64,000 nucleotides of DNA from Squalus acanthias (taxonomy: Eukaryota). The position numbers and the translations under genes are program-made. Below the pieces are notes generated by a model. It searched no databases. It was given only the letters and a program-made list of their open reading frames with translations, and was not told the DNA's origin. Where the stretch lies: contig CM059427.1 in NCBI GenBank assembly GCA_030390025.1, forward strand, positions 186,434,001-186,498,000. Reading direction: 5' to 3'. Positions 1 to 12,513 of this stretch are shown one piece after another. How positions within the stretch are numbered: the first letter of the stretch is position 1; each line of letters begins with the position of its first letter.

Positions 1-174
1 AATGGAATTGTTCTGTTTTTCTCTGTAATAGTGTTTGTAGTGAAGGCAACATGATCATTTGAATATCAAAATAAGACTGTAAATAAATGAACTCCAATAT
101 AAATAATTACAAATATTGGATTAAGGAGTTGTGATTTGATATTGAAATGCTTACATTGTTCCTCATTCTAATAG

Positions 175-514
175 GAAAACCAAATCATATTTATTTTTTG
201 GATAACGAAGATAACATTCTATTAAAAGGACCTGACTATCCTGGGATGGCCCTGTTGTCTGGGAATGGAAACCACAGTCAGAGTGAAATATCCAGCGGCT
301 GGTTACTTTTCACAAAAGGAGTTCGGGCTGGTGGGACGCACAATGGAACGATCACTATAGAACAGTGACTTGTACCAAAGGATAGAATGGGATCCTGATA
401 CCATTAATCTGAGAATTAGAAATCCCACATTTAAATTTGCGGGATCGTTCATCTTGACTCAAACACAGCTGAGTAATAAAACCCTGGAACAGTACGAAAT
501 ATTTGGGATCAAAG
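175..514 (+). pseudogene. Copy A exon D1, cysteine-free V-like Ig domain, frameshifted
   Basis: AG at 173-174 and GTGAGT at 515. 340 bp versus 342 bp for the paralogous exon 57679-58020, about 90% identical. Confidence 0.9.
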
Positions 515-1106
515 GTGAGTGGAACAAAATCTAGATAAGGTTAATAAAATTAATTACGGAGATTCATTTCATGTGTAACGATGCGAGATTGCCAGGATCA
601 GGTGGGATTTATATCACCCAGTGCAGACAGCATCTCTCATTAACCAGGGGAAAGATTGTTTCTCTGAAATGGTCAACAAGAGTAAAAATGTTTTGACAAT
701 TCCACCAGAAATAGTGAAGCGAGGAATCTACCCCACAGAGAGCGTTATGGTTTGTAGACTGACCTTCAGCTTATTTAAATATTATAATGAGGCTGGTGTG
801 CTTCATGGTGATCCATCATTTCAAATTTAACTCTGGCTGGCCGGGTTTCCCAGGCCTCGGGGAACCCGTCAGCTAAAGGGAGGCGAGGACTGCTGGATCC
901 CAGAGGTAAGTGCCTTTAAGTACCAAAGGCGACATGAGGAAAAACTTTTTTACTCAGCGAGTGGTTATGATCTGGAATGCACTGCCTGAAAGGGTGGTGG
1001 AGGCAGATTCAATTGTGGCTTTCAAAAGGGTATTGGATAAGTACCTGAAGGAAAAAAAATTACAGGGCTATGGGGAAAGGGCAGGGGGAGTGGGACTAGC
1101 TGAGGT

Positions 1107-2598
1107 TGAAGGGATAATTACAAGTCCTAGCCCTTTCAGACTACCCCAGATCAGGCGTATTCCCCAGACGTTCACCTTCAACTGAAGTTAGCAGTAGGCA
1201 AATTCTAGAGACGCTTAATTGGGTCTAAAGGTTCAGACTATCTCTCCCGAAAGGAAAGGAACGGCCTGAAGATGTTACCATCCTCTGGATAGCACTTTTA
1301 ACAAGTTTAACTAGACTGTAACCTTCCGGATATTATGAGGGTCCGGAAAACCCCCCAGAATTCTGCAACTCGTCTCTGAAGAGTGTACAGAAATTGAGTT
1401 CGCAAGATTGATACAGAAATACTCTTTGAGACAATTTTAAAAATATATAGATTTAATAAAGAACTGACATCTAGTTAACAGCTGGTATGGCAATTGCAAC
1501 TTTAACTGTTCAAAATACAAATAGCTTACATTTCTTATCAGAGATCCTTATTCTCAAATCTTAATTTCATTACATTTCCACACTTCTACTTATTTCTTAA
1601 TCCAGAATATCCAGCAAAATCAAATACCTTGATTACCCGAGACTCAGAGTTGAAAACTTACAGAGCGTGCCTGTGAAGTTGAGAAACGCTTGCCCTTCCA
1701 GCGACTTCTGACTCTCTATCTGAAAAGCTCTATTTTTATACCTTTTTTTAGTGGTATTTTCTTTGAAGTTTCCTGCTGATGTAAGCTAATTGTCTCTAGT
1801 AATACTCTATTGAATTCTTTTCTATTCTTACTGTCATTTCAGCTGCCTACTTTTAGAATTCTGTTTCTACGTTTAGGCTGTTTCAAAAACTTATCATTTT
1901 TATGGTTATTATCGATTTATCTATTTGATGCCATTCTTAGGAAGTCTTTCTATTGAATTCTTAATATCACTTAACTGCTTGTAAGCCAGACGTCGTGACT
2001 CCGTGGTGTTCCAAGTTTAACACATAAATAATGTGATTGCTTGGTGTCATCTATTGATATTATATTTTCAAAGTCTTCCTATTTGTACCTTTTACAACTT
2101 GCAAATCAAAAACCCTTCTCTTAGGGTGTTTACTTGTTTTCTTGCTATCTCAATTGGTTGCATATTTAATCGTGTTTCCTGTTTCTAAGTTTAACATAAA
2201 ACTATTTTACGGCAGGTATTTCTTTTACTTGATGTCATTTTTTCAAAGGCACTTGGTTTTTTTAATGTTCTGTGCACCTGTTCGACGTGTTAGATTTTGA
2301 CACTTTACTTGGGCATTGCTATTGTTTTGTTCCAAACTCTAGACCTTCTGGAAGCACCAATGGTTTGCTTCAATAGGGCCATTGTTTTTGTATTTACAAC
2401 CATCTCCCATTTCAAAGCTTGTGGTGTTTTACAGCTTTTGTGTTAACACTTCACCTTATCTCAGAAGCCTGTATTGTGTTTGCAGCCTGTGTCGCCGAGG
2501 CTTTCCAGACTTTTAACCTCAGTATGTCATGTATTAATAATATCAGAAATCTATTTATAGGATGGTGTATTTTTCTGAAATATGGCTATTCCATTACA
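1107..2598 (-). mobile_element. Solo LTR, family X (1492 bp), inside a CR1 3' tail
   Basis: TG...CA termini, AGGT target-site duplication, TATA and polyA-like motifs on the minus strand, homologous to three other copies. Confidence 0.9.
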
Positions 2599-3832
2599 AG
2601 GTGCGCTTGCAGAGAGCTGACACGAGCTCGACGAGCCGAATGACCTTCTTCTGTGCTGTAACCATTCTATGATTTTATGATTCTCCTGGGTTACCCGACC
2701 GCTTTTTAGCACCCCCACTCCCGAACCGCAGCCAAATTAAAATTCCGGCCATTGTGTCAACTCAATAATATTTAGAAACCTTTAGTATAAATAAATCAAA
2801 ATCTTTAATTTCTGCCAACTAAGGATGTTGCGAATCAGCTGCACTTCCTCCTTGGTTGATGTGTGTAACATTTAAATGAGGCTGAGGTCACTGTCAAATG
2901 AACTTGAAACAAAATATAATCCAATCCTGAAATGTCGTAGTGGCCAAAATATGATCGTGACTGTACTGGGCCTGGATCATTGCTCCTGAGGTGTTGGCCC
3001 AAACTGCACCAGAATGTGTTGACCGTAATAGAAAGTCAACTCACTTACATTTGTTAGTGGCACTCATGGTACATAGTGCGTGGTACACGGGGAATGCCAC
3101 ATGGGTCGGGCACCAGAGTGTTGGGCGCCAGCAGCTAATGGATGGGACCATTTTATGGCCTGGCATTGGAAATAAAGTCCCTGTTGAAGATTTGATTCTT
3201 ACTAGTCATGTTGTAGGTGGGACTGAAAGTCAGGGTGGGCATTTTTAGAAGAAGCCTCTCCTGAAGTGCCATTCCTCATGGACGCTCAATGATTGGAGCT
3301 CTGCTCAGGAGCATTTTGGGAGCCCACTAATTGAAATAATGTAATGACTGTTGATGTGGATTTTGTGCACAGGCTCCCAGTGTGTGTGTTGGGTGGTCTT
3401 ACTGAAGTGTGCGAGGCACATTGAGAACAGAGTGGGACTGGAGCCTTCTCCATGTCTGATAATATGGGCGCTACATTTCCATCACACCCTCCTCTGGTGA
3501 GATTCCATCACCTGTCCATTGTGGTGTCGACTTCCCCAAATGCCATCCAATCTATGTAACCTTAACCTGACCCCGGATACTCCAGCAGGGTCAGGGGTAA
3601 AGGTCATCGGCCGCACTCTGGCTCATTCACACTGGCAGAGCTGGACTGAGAATTTTCGGGCCCATTGTGTTATTCTACTGATAAAATGCACTTGTGTGTA
3701 ACCTGGCCTGACTCTTTAATGCAGCAAGGTACAAGTGCTGATAATGGGCACATCCTACAGTCAGTTAGAACCTAATCGTTGGATTGTAAATGTCACTACT
3801 TACACTAAATCTTATTGATCTGTTTTTCACAG

Positions 3833-4102
3833 TTGAGTCGAGTCTACAGAGTGCTGTGGTGGGCAGTGACGTTACACTCAGCTGTACCATCTCCAAACTC
3901 TCAGATACAGTCAGTCTTCAATGGAAACAGAGAAACTCATCTCAGCAGAACAGGAGCAACACTGATCAGATCCGACTAAATAACACAGTCTATCTGATAG
4001 TCAAACATGTTGCAGTAGAGGATAAGGAGTTGAACGCGTGTGAAGTGCAGGAAAATGGATCCATTATTCTCACAGGAAAAGCAGATTTTTATGTGGATCA
4101 AT
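3833..4102 (+). pseudogene. Copy A exon D2, C2-type Ig domain (VTLSC...W...NAC)
   Basis: ttttcacAG acceptor and GTAAGT donor, phase 1/1, 270 bp open frame. F-strand YxC has become NAC. Confidence 0.9.
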
Positions 4103-4232
4103 GTAAGTGCAGTTACCTCACGGTAGATATTAAAGAGTTACTAATATTAAACTGTTACATATAAAGTGGAGTCATACATGTCAACCATCAGCACTTCATG
4201 CTTACAATCAGCTAGTGGGGGACTGGTGCACA

Positions 4233-4517
4233 TAGAAACATAGAAACATAGAAACATAGAAACATAGAAACATAGAATCTAGGAGCAGGAGTAGGCCATT
4301 CGGCCCGTCGAGCCTGCACCACCATTCAATACGATCATGGCTGATCATTCAAATCCAGTACCCTGTCCCTGCTTTAATCCCCACAGTACACATATCCCAC
4401 CCGACCCCCGTATTTAATTCCCCCTAACATATCCCATCCTATCCCCATATTTAATCCCCCCCTAACACTAAGGGTCAATTTATCATAGCCAAATCAACCT
4501 AACCCGCACATTTTTGG
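4233..4517 (-). mobile_element. Truncated HE1-like SINE with CR1-type 3' end and (TAGAAACA)n tail; absent in copy B
   Basis: Minus-strand GTCCAAAAATGTGCGGGTTAGGTTGATT...AAATTGACCCTTAGTG resembles the elasmobranch HE1 body (from memory). ACATA duplication at the ends. Confidence 0.6.
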
Positions 4518-4879
4518 ACATATCAGCATTGAACAAAAAACTGGCCTCTCGCCCCTCAATGCCACTTCTAACCAAGTTCTGCTGCTATTTGAAGTGATTC
4601 CAGCTGCTGCATACTCTAGGCTTCAAATAAGCATTCAGCTGGAGCAGGACTGAGGGAAGAGGGAAGGGCAGTGAATCCATGGCCATGAATGGAGAGGGAA
4701 GGATGGAAATGATGGCAGTGTAGAGGAGAGATGGTGGGCAAAGGGAAATGACAGAGGCTGGGAGTGGGGCTTTGGGGGAGGAAGAGTGGGAAAGCTGAGA
4801 GTGGAACTTTGGAGTAGAAGATAAGAATTTGCATTTGTGTGAAGTGTAGAAAAAAGACTCTTATAAAAATAGCATCAAA

Positions 4880-7800
4880 GAACATAAGAAATAGGAGCAG
4901 GAGTCGGCCATTTGGCCCTTCGAGCCTACTCCACCATTCAATAAGATCATGGCTGATCCTCTGCCTCATCTCCACTTTCCTGCACTATCCTCATAGCCCT
5001 TATATCCCTTAATATTCAAAAATCTATTGATTTCTGTCTTGAATATACTCAACGACTGAGCCTCCACAGCCCTCTGGGGTAGAGAATTCCAAAGATTCAC
5101 CACCCTCTGAGTGAAGAATTTCTCTCATCTCAGTCCTAAATGTCCGACCCCTTATTTTGAGACTGTGAGCCCTGGTTCTAGACTCCCCAGCCAAGGGAAA
5201 CATCCTCCCTGCATCTACCCTGTCAAGCCCTGTAAGAATTTTGTATGTTGCAATGAGATCACCTCTCATTCTTCTAAACTCTCGAGAATATAGGCCTAGT
5301 CTACTCAATCTCTTCTCATGGGACAATCCCCCCATTCCAGGAACCAGTGTGGTGAACCTTTGTTGCACTCCTTCTATGGCAAGTATATCCTTCCTTAGGT
5401 AAGGAGACCAAAACTGTATACAATACTCCAGGTGTGGTCTCACCAGGGCGATATAATTGCAGTAAGACGTCTTTACTCTTATAATCAAATCCTCTTGTAA
5501 TAAAGGCAAACATACCATTTGCTTTCCTAATTGTTTGCAGTACCTGCATGTTAACTTTCAGTGATTCGTGTACAAGGACACTCAGGTCCCTCTGAACACC
5601 AACATTTCCCAATCACTCACCATTTTAAAAAATACTCTGCTTTTCTATTTTCCTACCAAAGTGGATAACTTCACATTTCTCCACATTATATTCCATTTAC
5701 CATGTTCTTGCCCACTCACTTAGCCTGTCTATATCCCCTTGAAGCCTCTTTGCATCCTCCTCACAACTTACATTCCCACCCGGCTTTATATCATCAGCAA
5801 ACTTGGATGTATTACATTTGGTCCCCTCATCCAAATCATTGATGTAGATTGTGAATAGCTGAGGCCCAAGCACTGATCCTTGCGGTACCCCACTAGTTAC
5901 AGCCTGCCAACCTAAAAATGACCCGTTTATTCTTACTCTCTGTTTACTGTCCATTAACCAATCCTCAATCTATGCTAATATATTATCCCTATCCCATGAG
6001 CCCTAATTTTGTTTAATCACCTCTTGTGCGGCACCTTATCGAATGCCTTCTGAAAATTCAAATATACCACATCCACTGCTCCCCCCTTATGTAATCTGTT
6101 AGTTACAACCTCAAAAAACTCTAACAGATTTGTCAAACACAATTTCTCTTTCATAATTCCATGTTGACTCTGCCCAATCCTATTATTATTTTCTAAGTGC
6201 TTTGTTACCACGTCCTTAATAATAGATTCTAGCATTTTCCCTGCTACTAATGTCAGACTAACTGGTCTGTAGTTCCCCATTTTCTCTCCCCCTCCTTTCT
6301 TAAATATTGGGATTACATTTGCCACCTTCCAATCCTCGGGAGTCATTGTCAAATCTATGGAATTTTTGGAAAATGACAACCAATGCATCCACTATCCCTA
6401 TAGCCACCTCTTTCAAAACCCTCAGATGTAGGCCATCAGGTCCAGGGTATTTATTGGTTTTCAGTCCCATTAACTTTTCCAGTACTATTACTAATACTAA
6501 TTTCTTTGAGTTCCTCATTCTTGCTAGACCCTTAGTTCTCCACTATTTCCGGAAAGTTTTTTGCATCTTCTTCTGTGAAGACAGACACAAAGGGCTGGAT
6601 TTTGCCAGCCGAGATGAGTTGGGGGCGGGACTGCTGCCTTCCGGGTTCTAGTCCCGCCCCCAGCCATGTCTGACGAATCTACGCTATTGTCCCTTGATTG
6701 GCCATGTAAAGCCCGCCCTGCGGGCGTACCGGCAAATAATGGGAAAGCCTGTGACAGATGACGTCAGCGTATGATGCTTCATCTGTTGAAACTTTTTTGA
6801 CAGATGAATTGTCAGCGTTTGACAGCTTCTCAAAGCTGTCAAACACTGACAATCTCTGTTCTAAGGTGAGCCCTTACACAAAGGATCACCAAGACCTCTC
6901 ACCTCAGCAGAAAGCAGATGGCTGCTGCATCTGAGAATGCAGGAGCCATTCTGTCATCTCTGCCGTTGAGACAGGCACCTCTGGATCCTCGACGGTTGAA
7001 GCCTGCAGAAGGAAGCAAAGGTAAGCAAACTCTTTTCAAAACTTTACACTCACCTCTCATACTTATCTGTCCACACTTGCACCCATCATTCACCTCTACA
7101 GCTGACATGTTGACCCCTCGCACCCCCGCAGACCCACTGCTCGCCTCGCTAACCCTGGCAAGGTTCGCAGCTGTCGGGAAGCCTGCAATTGTAGGCACAA
7201 AATGGGGAAAAGCCTCAAAACTGCCTGTTAACTACCTGTTAACTGGCAGTTAATTGGCTCTAATCCCCTTCCCACCTCGAGGAGACGGGTCCCTGCGTGA
7301 CTCAGTGACCCACCTCCCGGGAAGATGGCACGGAGGCGGGTTGGGAGCGGGGTCGGTACCGGCTCCCAGTTTCTGCCATTTTCCCGGCAGTCCCGCCTCC
7401 ATATCCGCCTCCCCAGGGCTGGGAAAATTCCCCCAAAAGTATTTGTTTAATTTCTCTGCCATTTCCTTATTCCCCATTATAGCCTGTAAGGGATCCACAT
7501 TTATCTTTGCTAATCTTCTTTTTACATACCTATAGAATATTTTACAATCTGTTTTTATGTCTCTCGCTAGTTTACTCTCATATTCTACTTTCCCTTTCTT
7601 TATCAATTTCTTCGTCCTCCTTTGCTGAATTCTAAAATCTCCCAATCCTCAGGCTTACTACTCTTTTGGACAGCATTATAAGCCTCTCCCTTTGATCTAA
7701 TACTATCTTTAACTTCTCTTGTTAGCCACGGTTGGACCACTTTTCCTGTGGGGTTTTTGTACCTTAAAGGAATGTCAATTTGTTGTAAATTATGTATTAA

Positions 7801-8347
7801 TTCTTTAAACGCTAGCCATTGCTTATCTACCATCATACCTTTTAATGTAGTTTCCCAATCTATCTTAGCCAACTCGCCCCTCATACCTACGTAGTTTGCT
7901 TTGTTTAGATTTAAGAACCTAGTTTGGATTTAACTAAATCACTTTCAAACTCAATATAAAATTCTATCATTTTATGGTCACTCCTCCCTAAAGGCCCCTT
8001 TACTACAAGGTTATTAATTAACCCTTTCTCATTGCACAATACTAGATCTAAAATAGCCTATTCCTTAGTTGGTTCCTCAACATACTGATCTAGAAAACTA
8101 TCTTGCAGACATTCCATGAATTTGTCCTCCACACTATTACTGCAAATTTGGTTTGTGCAGTTTATATGTAGATTGAGGTCCCCCATGATTATTGTATTAC
8201 CTTTGTTACATGTGCCTCTAATTTCCTGATTTATACTCTGCCCTACATTACAACTACTGCTTGGGGGCTATAAACAACTCCCACCAGTGTTTTCTGCCGT
8301 TTCTTAGCTCCACCCAAACTGATTCTACTTCTTGATTTTAAGAGCTA
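4880..8347 (-). mobile_element. 5'-truncated CR1 LINE, interrupted by a MITE; absent from the copy B intron
   Basis: RT and C-terminal ORF fragments (NYRPVSLT, QGSVLGP, FADD, HLEYCIQFW). The empty site is visible near 61137. Confidence 0.95.
6592..7434. mobile_element. Harbinger-type MITE
   Basis: Starts GGGCTGGATTTTGCC, imperfect TIR, AAA TSD, interrupts CR1. A related reverse copy lies at about 63540-64000. Confidence 0.75.
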
Positions 8348-9449
8348 AACTAATGATGTGGATCAGGGTAAGTCCAGAACTACCTTACAGTAGATATTAA
8401 ATATCACAGTGAAATAACATTGTCACACACAAAGGACAGGGAGCACAGAGACAGCATATGCTTTTACTACAGACTGGGACCTTATTTTCTCTTTGGAACT
8501 TTGGTGTAAATATACCGTTGCAATACAGTGGGCAAATATCAGCAACCAGGTCTTGATGGATCTGACAATAAATAGCGAAAGAGTTGACGGTGGACAGCAA
8601 CATTCTCACACAGCTCATCAGTTACCAAAACACAGAGACAATTCTTTTCTAAATATGGTTCACTTTACTCACTGCAAAGGCACAGCATTAAAGTCCAGCC
8701 CTGAATATCTACTCAGTGCTCGTCCAATACACACACCTTGGGTACAACACTGATTGACTTTGGTTGAACATCATTGGTATTACAAGAATTGTACCAGCAG
8801 TTATGGTGCTCTGCGATTGTTAACATCTGAGATCAATAGATTGGGAGTGGAGGGAGGGCGGATGGTTTTAATGTGGCCTGGTTCTGTACAGGTAACTGAA
8901 TGGGGAACCACTTCACCAGCTGTCGAGAGGCAAGTGGGGCAGAGGAACAAGGCTACAACCGATATTTGCTTTTCTTGTCATGAATTGTCTAATTAAGTGA
9001 GGCTGTTTAATATTGGAAGGTAGAAAATCAAGATTTGCAGCATGTTTCTTTAATAAGTTGAACCGTACTATAAAACAGAAACAGCAATTGCTTTCAGTAA
9101 CGTAGCATCTTGAAGAAAGAAAAAAATATAATTTACTGAAGAAGAATGAAGTGAACATCAAGCATTAGTAAATGTTAAGAGAGACGACTGAAAGCTCGGT
9201 AAAAGAGATACGTTTACAGTGTGTGCAAAGACACGGCAAGAGGTGGAGGGGTTTAGGGAGGGAGTTCCAGAGGTTAGGGCTGAGGGAACAGAAGGTTATG
9301 CCACCAATCTTGGAATAGAGGGAGGGGACAGAGAGAGGACTACAGGGAATGTGAAACAATATAATTCTGCAGTTGAGGCTGTGGAGTGATTTGTCGATGG
9401 CAATGAGGATTTTATATTCGATGTGCTGAGGGACAGGGAGCTAGTGTGT

Positions 9450-9509
9450 GGGAGGGAGGGAGGGAAGGAAGGAAGGGAGGGAGGGAGGGAGGGAAGGAGG
9501 GAGGAAGGA
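9450..9509. repeat. (GGGA/GGAA)n microsatellite
   Basis: Direct inspection. Confidence 0.9.
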
Positions 9510-10163
9510 AACGCGGAAACGCACAGGTATAAACTCTGTGCAAAATTGTTAAATACAGAAGAGACAGATGTTCCCTGTGAAAAAACCCACAGATTGCCAC
9601 CAATTCAAACAACAGCGACCTTGCTTTAAGGCTTATGTTAACGTGGGCCAGGCCCATGGAGCCGACGTGTGTCGATTTTACATGGGGGAGGTGAGCACTG
9701 GAGGCAGAATTTTGCCAAAACTCATGAAATTCAACACGGGATCTTCTTTGAATAATTATTCCATGTAAATGAGGATTGAACTTACCTGAAGGAACCATAT
9801 TTAAAACATCGCAAAATTTCACAACCTGCAGCCGCCACCAGCAGGACTCCATGTCGCTGGCCCAGCCTCAGAATATTGGGCCTGTGACGTCATGGTGTCG
9901 TCCATGGGACAGTAATCTCATCATATTAAATATCAAAAGGGGTTTATTTTATACATTTCTGTTGTCTTTTGGAAATTGAATTCACCCAAGTTGTACAATT
10001 TTTAAACAGTTCATAGCTGTGATAACACCTTATTAAATGAAGTTCCAATGATTAAAGCACAAAATATTTTTATATAATTGTAGCCGGAATTATTCTTTCT
10101 GTTCTCTTTACCTTGTGTGTATTGTAAAAATCTAACACGTTGTTCTCTGTCTCTCTATTGTAA

Positions 10164-10514
10164 ATTTATTTGGGAAGAGTTACTCACTTTATCGGTCAGG
10201 CACAGATCACAGTGAACTCGACCTAATTTGTTATCATTATTATAATTATGTTCACTCTCAAAATCATGCTGCATGGACCTGGAGGTCACATCATCTTCAA
10301 TATCGGGAGGAAGAAATAGCATTTACTTCGAAATCTCAGCTCATCAATGTAGACAGGACCTACTTTGGGAGTCGACTGGTGCCCACAGAGACAAAGTTTA
10401 ATGGCAAGAACTTCAGTGTGAGGATTGTCCCTGTGCTGTTTGAAGATGCCGGAGTTTACACATGTTCTCTGGGATCAAATAACATGATGACCATTAAATT
10501 AATCACAGTTAAAG
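10164..10514 (+). pseudogene. Copy A exon D3, V-set Ig domain (LDLIC...AAWTW...EDAGVYTC)
   Basis: Open frame LFGKSYSLYRSG...IKLITVK with canonical V-set motifs and GTAGGA donor at 10515. The polypyrimidine tract ends in ttgtAA, not ttgtAG. Confidence 0.85.
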
Positions 10515-10592
10515 GTAGGAGACAGAATGTTGTCGTTGTTTTTAGTGATCAAGTTATTGTTTAAAATCTAAATGATTTTCTTGTTTCCACAG

Positions 10593-10862
10593 TCACAGCT
10601 GAACCATCTGATGCAGTGACTGAGGGAGACACCGTTACCCTGACCTGCTCTGTCTCTGATGTCAATGAATCAATGAGACTTGTTTGGATCAATAGTGATG
10701 GCAAAACTGTTGGAGAAAAAACATGGAATGGATCGAATGGGGAAGAGAAATCATTGAGACTGATTATTCAGAAAGCTGACAGAGGCAGAGGGAACTGGAT
10801 ATGTGCTTTGTTTTATCAAAACAGTCCCCAGGTTTTAGTCCCGTACTATCTGGAGCCCAGTG
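10593..10862 (+). pseudogene. Copy A exon D4, C2-type Ig domain with WxC F-strand (VTLTC...W...GNWIC)
   Basis: tttccacAG acceptor and GTAAGT donor, phase 1/1, 270 bp. Separated from D3 by a 78-bp intron. Confidence 0.9.
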
Positions 10863-12513
10863 GTAAGTGACTCAGGGTTTGCTCTTTATATTTATAATCT
10901 CGATAGAAAATTCTGGTCACTTATTGTTCTTGTTGTCAGAAGTAGCCCTCCTTTATATCCTGTGTGTGAGGCTCTACAGTGGGGCAGAGCCTCAGAAAAT
11001 CTACCCTGAGATAACTCAGCACAGCCTGGGATCGAGCTTGGAACTTTCCTGCTCTGTATGTCTCAACTACACTCTTGGTACATAGGAAAGGAAACAGCTT
11101 CTTCCTCATTTTGCTCTCAAAAGAAATTACACTGGGAGTGTGGAGTTGCTGAATTTAGTCAGTGAGCACTGGAGGTCCCCCCTCAGATATCATTTATGTT
11201 CACTAGTAAAGCCTTTTGTAAGTAGACGAAGAAGTGATATATCCTGGTATGGGGTAAAGCAGAGACAATGCCACCCTAAAGCCAAGCCTAGAATCCACCT
11301 TCTGTGAGTCTGTGAACTCGCAGACTCACCGGCAGCGGCAGCAGCGAGAGCGGCCCTGGGAGGAGCCTGAGCGACAGCGGGGAGTATAAGGAGCGGGAGC
11401 GAGAGTGAGGTCCAGACTCACCAGCAGCGGTGAGAGCGGCCCTCAACAGGCAACATTCGAAAGTGACGTCAGATATTAAAAGTGACATTGGCACAAGGGA
11501 AGCTGCTGATTGGTGAGTAGTGGGTGAGTATTTTTTTTTAAGTTTAAAGCTTATTCTGTTAAGTTAGTTCTTAGTCTTTAAATAAAGGGTACTTCTTAGT
11601 CTTTTAAATAAAGGTTAGTACTTTGTCTTTTAAATAGTCTGTTAGATAAAGGGATGACAGGAATGGCAGGGCAGCTCAGTCTAGCGGAGTGCACATCCTG
11701 TGGCATGTGGAAAGTCTTGGACACTTCACGTTGCATGGATGACTACATGTGCAGTAAGTGTCACCAGCTGCAATGACTCGAGCGACGGTTTACGGAGCTT
11801 GAGCGGCGACTGGAGTCACTGTGGTGCATCTGCGAGGCTGAGAACTACGTGGATAGCACGTTTAGTGAGGTGGTCACTCCGCAGCCTAAGAGAGAGTGGA
11901 CAGAGAGCAAGTGGGTGACCACCAGACAGAAGAAGACCAGGCAGACAGTGCAGGAGGCCCCGGAGGGCATCTCGCTCTCCAACCGGTATTCTATTCCGAG
12001 TACTGGTGGGGCGATGGTCCCTCTGAGGAGTGCAGTCAGAGCCAAGTCCTCGGCACCACAGGTGACTCCGCTGCACAGGGGGGGAGGAAAAATAGTGGAA
12101 GAGCAATAGTGGTAGGGGATTCAATAGTGAGGGGAGCAGACAGGCGTTTCTGCGGCCGCAGACATGACTCCCGAATGGTATGTTGCCTCCCTGGTGCCAG
12201 GGTCAAGGATGTCACCGAACAGCTTCAGAGCATTCTGGGGAGAGAGGGAGAACAGCCAGATGTCGTGGTCCATATCGGTACCAATAACATAGGTAGAAAG
12301 AGGGATGAGGTCCTGCAGGCAGAGTTTAGGGAGCTAGGAGTCAGATTAAAAAAAAGGACCTCAAAGGTAGTAATGTCTGGATTACTCCCGGTGCCACGTG
12401 CTAGTGAGTCCAGAAATAGGATGATAGAGCAGATGAATGCGTGGCTGGAAGGATGGTTCAGGAGGGAGGGCTTTAGATTCCTGAGGCATTTGGACCATTT
12501 CTGGGGGAGGTGG

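Noticed and set aside
910-1185. Short ORFs spanning TE junctions (also 23453-23719 and antisense CR1/Penelope ORFs)
   Set aside because: Chimeric or shadow frames of repeats.
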